Positions 53,758-64,000 of a stretch of DNA of 64,000 bases are shown here, piece by piece. A model generated the notes under the pieces. The model saw only the letters and a program-made list of their open reading frames with translations, had not been told where the DNA came from and made no database searches. Location of the stretch: assembly GCF_009914755.1 (NCBI RefSeq), contig NC_060934.1. One strand, written 5' to 3'. Every line of letters starts with the position of its first letter. Positions within the stretch are counted from its first letter, which is position 1. The stretch is from the human T2T-CHM13v2.0 reference genome, Homo sapiens. Made by a program: the position numbers and the translations under genes.

Positions 53758-54519
53758 GCTATCTAACTGGTCCTTTATCTGCTAGAGTTTGTAATCTCGG
53801 CCTTAAAGATAAAATTAAAATATTTAACAGGCCCCTATATTTGTATAATACATTATGATCTATAATGTCCTTTTACACATTGATTTGTGTCAACTTCATG
53901 CATTTAAGCTCCACAATTATGAAAGGCAGGAATGGCAGATATGGTCACCTCAGTTTTCCATATGAGGAGAAGGAGGTAGATAGAAGGCCATTGATATGCC
54001 AGTCACATGAATGCAAAAGTCAGAATTGCAACCAAGATACTCTGTCTACCAGCCCATTGTCTAATCACTGCAGCACACTACTTCTATAAATCCACAGGTA
54101 ACTGGACTCCTAAAACTAATGAAGTTCACAAATCCCACTGCCTTAGGGAGGAGAACACTGGTGTTTGGCATGGCTCATTGTCCCAGGTCAGAGATGAAAC
54201 CCATTTGTTTGCTGACTGGTTTTATTAAGTTCTGAAGAAAAAAATATACCTGTCTCCAGTGGAAGGTATTGGGCTATCTGAGGGCAATTGAATTTAATGT
54301 TTCCTGGAACACCAATTTTATGTCTTGTAAAAACCCTGAAGGAATGCAACTCAGCTTATTACCCTAAAAGAACCATGTCTTGGTTTGCAGGCTATCTTCC
54401 AGTGCCAGTAAGGAGCATAGCTTCTGAGATGCACGGTGATATTTTCCTATCATCATGGGAAAATCTTGGTGAATTAGGGGGAAAACAAAACAACAAAAAG
54501 GCTTCCCTTCCTTAAAAAA

Positions 54520-54642
54520 CAGTATTGCCACCTGCCAGGAAATTGGAAAAATAGGTACACAAATCTGTCAATGAAAACAAGATGAAAGTTACCTTCTGGA
54601 CTGGTGCAGTGTACATCTTGAACAGCTGTAAGTGGTGGCCTG
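54520..54642 (-). mobile_element. MER91-like hAT DNA transposon relic
   Basis: Reverse complement caggccaccacttacagctgttcaagatgtacactgcacc. Confidence 0.5.
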
Positions 54643-55881
54643 TGTTTTCTCAGTTACTAGTTCCACAGACTATTAAAAAGTTTTATATAAGGCAGTGGAT
54701 TATAGATAGTTATGCTTAATTTGTATTTGCTTTGTTTCCATTATTGTACGTGTCATATCCTTTGATGGGTTTTATGGATGTCCAGACAGGAGCATAATTA
54801 CATTCCTCAGTTTTCTTTGCCCAAGGGGAAAAATAAATAAAACATTTTCTTCAGGGACCAACTACAGGGAAAATATACTGTGAAATGGATCTGGAACAAC
54901 ACTCATCCAAAGACACACCCTGAATTTCCTCCCTTGTTCACTGCCCTTTACCTCAGCTTTGCTAAGGAAGAGAAGCCTGGTATTTTTTTTTTTTTTTTAC
55001 AAATAATGATGTATAAGTATCTGTTGGGGTCAGGTTGAGACAGTTACTTCTTATGCTTCATGATTCCCCAAGGAGATTTTATTTATTTGATCCCTGATCC
55101 ATACAAATGTGCATGGAAACACACACAGAATCCAAATTTTGGATTTCTGGGTGAATACTTTTATTTCATGTTGCCAATTCTCTCGTTCTCTGCCCCCTCT
55201 AAAAAAGGAATCACTAACCTGATAAGAGATATTGGGGACAATCTGACATCAACTGGATTATCTCAAACAGGAAGGCGTTGGCACTTCACTGAAATACAGG
55301 GAGTGGGGCCCATCTATTTGGCTCTATTTCTTTCTTCCTCTCTCCTTCACTCACTCATGACTATAAAATACATTTTCTACCCTAGAAATGGCATGGGCTT
55401 TCTAGTAAAGTTGTTAGCTCCTTTATGACTGGAGGAATTACAAAAATAACCAGGCTACTGCTTGCCAAGTATACTGGAGAGAAGTGTTAAACTTTGAATA
55501 TTGAACTAGATAACATTGGAAATTGTGTACATCCCAAGATTCTATTTTTATAGATAAATTCCACTAAATTTTAACTCTAAAATTCCAAACAAATGTATTC
55601 ACGAAGGCCAGGAGGGCGTAGTGCTTAGGCTTGTGAGCTTGGAGTCATGTTTTTGTATTGCATTCCCAGTTCTGCCATGTAATTTCTTGGTTATGTTGGA
55701 GTCTCAGTATCTTTTCATAGGAAATAGGAACAATAAATTAATAATTAAATAAATTATATTGATAAATAGAAACATTTTGATCACTGAACGTAACAAAGGT
55801 ATATAGTACAGTGCTTGCCACCTTACAATTGCTCAATGAATGAGAGCTGTGATTATCATTATTAGTGAATGCAATTGAAAG

Positions 55882-55973
55882 CAGAAGGAATAATAAACAA
55901 TTTCTCCAGCAGAAAACTAACAATCAACAGAAGGAATAATAAACAATTTCTCCAGCAGAAAACTAACAATCAA
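55882..55973. repeat. Perfect 46-bp tandem duplication
   Basis: cagaaggaataataaacaatttctccagcagaaaactaacaatcaa x2. Confidence 0.98.
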
Positions 55974-56899
55974 ACAAAACAGTGGAAGAGAGTTTGAGGA
56001 GAACAAAGGGATACAGATCTTTCGTTGGCTTGGAACCATACGGATTTGGGGACAGATTGTCATCACAACTCAGTCCGTTTGTAATATTGACCTGAATTTT
56101 AATATGCACCCCTAACTCAGATTCCTCTTTCTGCAGATTTACAACAACTCTATTCTAGAGCCATTTTCTAAGCACCAAGTAGGAGTTACAAAACCAGGGA
56201 CTAAGTAAATATAAATCATTTAGTCATTCATTACTTCAATAAATATTTAATAATATCTGTCACAGTCAGTGGATGAGGTACTAGAGACCAACTGGTGAAC
56301 AACACTGGCTTAATCCTTACCGTGATGTAATGTGACTCACTCTTGGAGTGGTGGTAAATGAGGGGAACTTATACAGGCAAATCTCTCTCTCTCTGTGCCT
56401 CTTTCTCTTTAGCAAAAATGGAAAAATTCCTTTGTCATATGACTTTGCAGCTTCTCTCAGCAAGAAGTGGAATCTCCTTTTAACCAAGGCTTACCCGTGT
56501 TACTGTTACTTGATTTGGTCAATGGGATGTATAAAAAATGCTTCTCAGTCTCAGAAAGAAGCATGCAATGTGCGTGTCAATGGACTTTGCCATCTCTTGA
56601 TATTATTGGGAGCCCTGCAATATATGTTTACATAAGTCAGAATAGTATTAATTCTTTGGGCAGGAGTGTGTGTATTGATTTGGAAGTGGCATGAAGGAGC
56701 ACTCTGGAACTATTCCATATCATTATCTGGGTGGTAGTTAAACAGGTATGTGCATATGTAAAAACTAATTGAGCTGAAAAATTAAGGACTTACACTTATG
56801 CATATTGTCCCTGTTTATATACACACATGTGCACACATGCACATGCACACACACACATAACCAAGGGGCAATGGCTCATGAGTTATAAAAAAATTGCAT

Positions 56900-57310
56900 G
56901 AGTATAGTATCACAGGAGCTAGGGATAATCATGTTCAGCTATGATGAATGTGGTCAAAAGATTGAGTAAGATGAAAATAGTAAGTTTGTACTGGATCAAG
57001 CAATGTGGGGGTTGTTGATATACTTGGTGAGAACAGTTTTCATGGAAATAGTTGGGGAGAGATCCCATTTTGGAGTAGGTTTAACAGTGAATAGGCGGTG
57101 AGAAATTTGAGATGGTATCACATCTAAATAACTCTCTTAAATACTTTGTTAAAAGTAACAAACAAATGGATTGGTGATAAAAGTTAATTTGGGAGAGAGT
57201 GTTTTAAGTTTAGGGATACTAACATATGCTTGTATATAGATAAGAAGGATCTAGAAGACAAGACAAAGTTGAGATAGCAGAAGAGGGGAAGGATAAATGA
57301 AGGAGAAACA
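56900..57310 (-). mobile_element. L2 fragment
   Basis: Purine-rich antisense L2 (gagtaagatgaaaatag...tggtgagaacagttttcatgga). Confidence 0.6.
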
Positions 57311-58566
57311 TTTATTTTATTTTATTTTTTATAGCCATTTATAGTCTTACCAAGGAGAAGCATCGAAAAAATTTAGAATTTTAAAATAAAATTACTACTC
57401 TACTATATTTTCATTGGCAACCTGCTCCATTAGTAGGAACGTAATATATGTGAGGTGTTATCATTTCTATTAGTCCTAATCTACGCTTTACTGGATGAGC
57501 GACCTAGACTCAGCTAATCCCTCCTTAATCCCTAACTGTAAAGGAAGAGTCTTAACATAAGAATCTGTTAATTCTGTGACAGTTACAAATTCTAGGGTTT
57601 TTTTTTTTATTTCATCTTGATCACTTCTGTTCTATAACATGCAGCCACAGTTTTCTTACAAAGATCACAAAAGATTACAGACAGAAAATATCCCATTGGC
57701 CAAATCAAGTAACACACAAGCCTGGATTAAAATCTTAAGAGACTCTACTTCTTATTGAGAGGAGCTGCAAAGTCACATTACAAAGAAATGTTCCCACTTT
57801 TGCTAAATAGAGAGCGAGACAGAGAGAGGGAGAGAGATTTGTCTGTGTATCTTCTCCCCACTAACCTCCACTCCAACAGTGAGTCACATTACATTATGAT
57901 GGCAGGAACCAAGCCAGTGTTGTTCATCAGTTGGTTTCTAGTGCCTCATCCACTGACTGTGACAGATATTAATGAATACTTTTGTTGAAGGAATGAATAA
58001 CTGATTGATATGTAAGACTTCATACATAACACTTGATATGTATTAATACATGGATATGTAAGATTTGATATGATAACACTTTGTGCGTAAAAAATAACAG
58101 AGAAACTGATTGGTAATAAAAGTTAATCCAGGAGAGAGTATTTTAAGATTAGGGATACTAACATAGACTTGTATATTGGTAAGAAAGATTCAGGAGACAA
58201 GACAAATTTGAGATAGCAGAAGAGAGGAAGGACGAATGAAGAAGAGACATTTACCAATTGAGAATTTTCTGAAAAAGTTACCATTATATTGTTATTGGCT
58301 ACTTGCCCCATTAGTAGGAATTTAATACATGTGAGGTGTTAATATTTTTATTAGTCCTGATCTACCTTTTTAGTGGCTGGGGGACCTGGACTCAGTGAAC
58401 TGCTTTGTAACTTCTAACTGCAAAGGAAGAGCTTTGACATCAAGATCTCTTAATTCTATGACAGAGTTACAAACTCAAATTTCTTATTTCATCTTGATCA
58501 CTTCTGTTCTGTAACATGCAGCCACAGTTTTCTTATAAAGGCTATAAAAGAATAGAGACAGAAAAT
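57151..58566. repeat. Diverged direct repeat pair (57151-57689 and ~58090-58566)
   Basis: Co-linear homology over ~480-540 bp (e.g. tagggatactaacata; tgagatagcagaagag; ccattagtaggaa; atgtgaggtgtta). Confidence 0.95.
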
Positions 58567-59329
58567 AGGCTGAAAAGCTCCCCCCGGAAATCTAAGATTT
58601 ATCAGTAGAGTTGTCTTCGGGTAGACTTGTCTTTAAAATTCCCCAAAAGGCCCTTGTGACTGTTCAAGTTTTAATCTCTCTCTTTCATTTCCACAAAACA
58701 AGTACATTTCCTCCTTCCACTGTGAAATTGTCTTGTCACTTGTGACATTAATGTAGAGGAGAAATCCTTTAAAGGCAGCCTTTGCTTCTCTTGATCTTGC
58801 AGCATGCCTCAGCCAAGGCATCCTCAAGTGCATACACAGCTAGAGGGGAGAGTATGGGCTTTGCTTTCTGCATTTCAAGGAGAGTGGGAGGAGAAAGTGG
58901 GGAAGACCGCTGGCCAAGATCCCTATATCTTTTCATTTCATACTACTTTCTCTGACCTAGACCAAAGATTATTAAGGTTGAAAGGGACATTGGGGAATCA
59001 TCTAATCTACCTCCCACCCCCAATCCTTTTACAGATGAAGAAATCGAGTAGTAAGGTGATTTGCCTAGGACTTCAGTTAGATATTAACAGAGAGTGTCTC
59101 CAAGTCCCTCTCCTGTGCCTTGCTATTCATTCATCGAAAAGTTTGCTTCAGGTGGGCTGGGCTATGATGAACTCCATGTGGTTTTAGTGAATGATTCCTA
59201 AACCTGAGTGATCATCAGACTTAGCTGTAAATATTTTAAATACTTTAAAAACCTACAGGCTGCCAGATCCCATTCCACACGGTGTGATATCTAAATCTGT
59301 GCTAGTGTTTTTGTCTCAGAATCTGTAAT

Positions 59330-59851
59330 TGAGCAGAGAAGAGTTAACATAACAAGTCTGATCTTTAGAAGGATCTTCTTCTATGCTGGTTCTTTGCTGG
59401 TATCTTAGTACTTAGATGCTATAAAGTTCTCTAAGTGATAAGAATATATGCCTGCTTGGGGCATTGATCACCTGATATTCTTCTGGGAGTCTGGAGTTTT
59501 GATATTTATTACTGATCATTGTGTCTATGTAACCCATCCCCAATAAAAATCCTGGACTCTGAGTTTCAAGTAAACTTCCTGGGGCATAAGAAGTACATGC
59601 GGGTTACTGCATTTCAGGACTGGAGGGAGGGTGTGCTCTGTGTAGCCCCTTTGGAGAGAGACTAGAAAGGGTGCTGGTGGATTTGGAAACTAGAAACTGC
59701 TTGATGTGTATTTTTGCCTTGTGGATCTGGCTATATCTTCTTACTGTGTCACTGCAATAAATCATAGTCATGAATAAAATTATATGCTGAGTCCCTTGGG
59801 TCCTCCTAGGGAAGCACTGAACTTATGGGTGGTCACTGGGCCGCTGAAACA
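59330..59851 (+). mobile_element. MER68/MER21-group LTR nested within a MER5-like DNA transposon (~59188-59325 and ~59900-59960)
   Basis: gcagagaagagttaacataac...aataaatcatagtcatgaat...atgctgagtcc...gggtggtc...gaaaca; the flanks contain MER5-type cagccagttttggaaacctctg. Confidence 0.7.
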
Positions 59852-60079
59852 AATTACGTCAGATACCGTGGCACAAACAGTGACAACAGTGTTGACGCAG
59901 AAAAATACAAATATCTTCTGATATGTCTTATGAGCAGCCAGTTTTGGAAACCTCTGGACAAAACCGTGTTACATAAAAATATGTAATAATGGGACTGTTG
60001 TATTCTGAGGAATCAAGGAAATGTTCTTTATTTATATCTGATAGACTTCTTAATAGTTTCAAAAGCAAAATTTTGATAT

Positions 60080-61120
60080 TTCATCCCAAGTCATCTCGCT
60101 GATATCCTTTCTCTTTCAGTAAATGGCAATTTCTGTTTCCTATTCTTAATTTTCTCAGGCCAAAAACATTAAAGTCACTCTTGCTAGGTACAATGGCGTG
60201 GGCCTATAGTCTCAGCTACTCAGGAGGCTGAGGCCAGACGGTCCCAGGAGTTTGAGGCCAGCCTTGGTTACATAGCGAGATCCTGTCTCTAAAAAAACAA
60301 AAACAAAAACAAAGAGGCAAACAAAAAAATCACTCCTAATTCTCCCCTTCTTTTCATATCATATGTAAATCATGATTATTGTAGAGACTCAATTCTGATA
60401 ACTTCATAATAACTCCACCTTTACAACTCCGGATTAAATTGTCGTCTCTCACCTGGAATGTTGCACTAGTGCCCACTCATCTCCTGCCACTTACCTCGTG
60501 GTCAGACTGCTTGCCTCATGCTAGCCCAATAAGCCATAGGTCACCTTATGTCACATCTATCCTCAAAAGATGCCAATGGCTTCCATCTCTGTCAAAGTAA
60601 AGTCTAAAATCCTTATCATGGCCTACAGGCTTCTTTATAGTTTAGTCCCAAGGACTGCTGTGTCTAATCTCTTCCCTCTCCATCACAGGCCTTCGCCTCC
60701 AGCTACACTGTCCTCCTTGCGGTTCTTAAGCTGACCAAACATGCTCTTGCCCCAGTTTCTTTGTAATTGTTGTTCCCTCGACCCACACTTTTCTCCCAAA
60801 TGTCAGCCTGGCCCGTGTCCTCACTCTCCTCGGATCTCAGCTTTAATGTCACCCTATCAAGGAAAGCTTTCCTCAGAAGCCTAAGTAAAACCCTTCTTTA
60901 CCTCCCCTTATCTGTTTTCTGACCTTACTTCATTTTTCTTCAAGGCATTCTGGAAGCCCTGAAATAGTTATGTGTGTTTGTCCATTTGAGTATTGACGTC
61001 TTTCTCTTGGAATTTGTTGTAAGCTCCATGAGCCGACACTTGGTTCTGTTCCCTGACTTATCCAGTGTCTAGGACAGTAACTGACTCTGGGAGGTAAGAA
61101 ATATGCTGAATGAATAGATA
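60080..61120 (+). mobile_element. L2 3' region
   Basis: ccaatggcttccatct...aaaatccttatcatggcctacaggc...gtaagctccatgag...tgctgaatgaat. Confidence 0.78.
60183..60325 (+). mobile_element. Fossil Alu monomer (FLAM-like)
   Basis: Single arm (gcctatagtctcagctactcaggaggctgagg...cccaggagtttgaggccagcc...ctgtctct) with an A-rich tail; TSD aaagtcactctt / aaaatcactcct. Confidence 0.88.
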
Positions 61121-62639
61121 AAGCAGTGATTGTGCAGGATGAATAGGAATTTAGGAAAAGGGGGTAGTGAAGGGAGAGCATGCTGAGATGGACTTCAGTG
61201 AGAAGTATGACGAAGAGAAGATGTGAGGTTGGTTACTTCAGAGACACGGACCGTGCAGGTGAGGCACTGACACATTCTGCAGTGGCTGCAGAGAAGTCTG
61301 ACCCTCTTTGGTCCTTCTTTTGCTTTCACTTTGACATTCGTTGCAGTCAGAATGATTTCCTGAGTTCTCCATGTCAAGACTGTGCATGGACACAGTGGAT
61401 TGACACAAATGATATGAAAACAGTTCTTTCCAGCCTGTTTTGCTTGAGGCCCTTGGTAAGCTTGAGAAGCCCTCCCTGCCAGGGCTGCTTCTATCGATGG
61501 AGCTAGATCACGGGGCTGCTCCTCTGGGGCCCTGCAGGGCTGCATTAATTAATAGGAGGAACGGCCTTTGACCTGCCAGAGCAAAACATGCCAAGAAAGT
61601 GTATGCCTCTTTCTTTCTTTCTTTTTTCTTTTTTAATTTGATTTTTAAAAGAAGACTATGAATTTCAACTAAGCCAAGACTACAGAGGAATTTGCGAGGG
61701 ATTAAAAAAAATCTCCAGCCCAGGACCCAAAAACTCTTCAGAGTTTGAACATTTGTTTGGAGGGGGGTAAAAGTGCTATGCATTTTAAAAGCAGAATTAC
61801 AATAAATAGAGACTCTCTTTCTCCTTTCTCTCTCACATACACTCTCTCCGTCCCTCCCTCCCCAGATGCTTTAGGGAATAATAGGACAAGTAACGTTTCT
61901 ATTACTGATAAAAATATATGTTTTATGCATACTCTGGAGAAATTTGCCAGCTGGTCTATTATGGCTAGAAGGGAGCTGCCATGGAAAATGATATTCCACT
62001 CAGGTTATTTGGATATTTGCATGTTTTGCAAGAAAGACAGATGCATAATTATGGAAAGGGGATTTGGAGCTAAAGTAGTAGGAGCAGGTATAAAAGTAGA
62101 TGCATTTGAGATCACTTTTTCTTTCACTGTAGATACGACAGACTTTAAACTGGGTTAGACATTTATTCAGATACAGTTATGCTCCAGAAATCTGAAGTGA
62201 GAATAGCTTTCCTCCATGGCGTCTTGCCAGCCAACACTATGACCAACAACAAAACTCAATTACTGAGTAACTATTGCGCGTAAAAGAATCATAGGGTCAC
62301 CCCAGTACCAAAGAGCAACACAGAGCAGTGGCTAAAAATGTGCTCTGAAGTCAGACCACTGAGATCAAGCAAGGCTCAATTCTATCATCTTACCAGATCA
62401 CTATATTTGGACGACTGAGTTAACCTCTCTCTTCTTCTCTTCTGTCATAAGTTGAATTATTGAAATTATAAAATTATAAAACCTGAAAAGATTATCAGAT
62501 TTTATAATTAGACAATGAAGGCCCAAAAAATGAACACTGTCATTATTTACTGTCTGGGGCACTAATTCTATAATAAATCAATCACAATGCCAAAAAATAT
62601 TATTGTCGTTTTGAATTTAAATGCATTGTTCAGCAAATT

Positions 62640-62865
62640 TTTATCGAATTCTTTTTATCAAGAATACATTTTAGTTAACCCAAAATATACAAAATATTAC
62701 TTCAAATTGTATTCAAGTTGCTTTTAGAAAAGCAACGCAGCATTGTGCATTATTTTTCTACAAAGTCTCCTAAATTCCGTGTGTATTTGACATTTGCAAC
62801 ACATCTCAATTCAGAAGAGCCGCGTTCAGAGGATTTGAAGGTTGGTGGCAGCTGTGTGGGACATA
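62640..62865. mobile_element. MER3/MER33-like hAT-Charlie relic
   Basis: gtgtgtatttgacatttgcaacacatctcaattcaga. Confidence 0.6.
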
Positions 62866-64000
62866 TCAAATTCTTAAAATGTGCTAGACACTAGTCTATA
62901 TGATGTGAATGACAAAAAAAAATGATGCTTCCTTCCTTTAAGGAGCAGGCAACATGGGTCAGACATTCAGTGCCCTCCTTTTTAGCTCTATTGAAAAATG
63001 AGCTAGACAGTCACACTACTGAGGAGTAAAACAACTGAATTCAACCCCCGCCAGGAACTGCAGCTTTGTACCCATTACAAATCTCTGCCCCTCCCTTCTC
63101 CTGCTCCAAGTCTCTGATAACCACTATTGTAACTTCACATTGGATTAGTTAATTGTTTATTAATTGTTTATTATCTAATTGAATGTGAGTAAACTTGAGT
63201 TTATTATCTAAACCCAAGTTAGACAGTAAGCCATAAATATATATTACTGACATCACAATCGCCTCCATTTATAATCAATTACTGAACAAATTGTACCAAA
63301 CATGTGTACTTAAAATCCAAAGGAGAGAGACACTGATGTGATCGATGGAAGGACTACTGATGAGTAAAATCCCAAGTTAGATCTTATAGGATGAATGCAT
63401 CTTTCCTGGATTAAAAGAAAGGAAAGGATATTGCAAACCTAGGAATAAACTGAGCAAGTTATGGCATTTGGAAAGGTAGGCCTATTTAATTGGCAGCGAG
63501 TAGGTCCTCTTGGCTGGAGCAGATTCATCTTGTTTAGATCAATAGAGGAGATAATAAGATTAACCTTATAGGTTAATGGTAGAATTTGGTTGTAGAAGGA
63601 AGTTTGAGGACAAAGAAGAATTTTCCAGTGAAGGACAGGTCTATCTAAGATTGCAGGGTCATCCTCAACACCAACATCGTCACAGGGAAGTCTTGAATTG
63701 CATGGACCATGAGTAGATAATGTCTGACATTTTTCTCATGTTTAGATTCTGTGGCTTACCTCTAGAAGGCCTGCCAAGGGGATAATGGGCTTTAATGATT
63801 TCATCACCAAATAACCATGAGTATGTTCCTCTCTCTGTTTAGTGGTGCATATGGTGAGTATATCGTGTGGATGGACAGAAAGGCTGCTAGATTCCCCCTC
63901 CAATATCACTTTCACCTGAATGGCTGTGAAGATTTAATGATTTAATTTCTATAGAAGTTCTTTGTAAATTGTCACAGGCAGTGTCAAATTGAGATTGAGG

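Overview
AT-rich, CpG-depleted, repeat-dense primate (human-like) genomic DNA. It reads as gene-poor intergenic or deep-intronic sequence. I found no supportable cellular protein-coding gene, tRNA, rRNA or CRISPR array; the ORF track consists of transposon remnants and chance ORFs. The main contents are a degenerate ERV-L provirus (10212-16082, minus strand, MLT2B-like LTRs, CAAAC TSD, gag/pro/RT/RNaseH/IN/dUTPase remnants), many L1 fragments of different ages, three full-length Alus and one Alu monomer, several solo LTRs (THE1/MST, MER61-like, LTR16/33/41-like, MER68-like), and L2, MIR and MER relics. I cannot support a novel biological system here. The most interesting signals are genome-archaeology events: (i) a probable L1 3' transduction enclosed by a 17-bp TSD, (ii) a ~700-bp inversion that splits an LTR41-like LTR and its host L1, (iii) a young 61-bp dispersed duplication, (iv) two twin-priming-type L1 inversions, and (v) an old ~500-bp local duplication with an unusually conserved 52-bp core. 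Subfamily names come from recalled consensus sequences and need RepeatMasker/Dfam confirmation.
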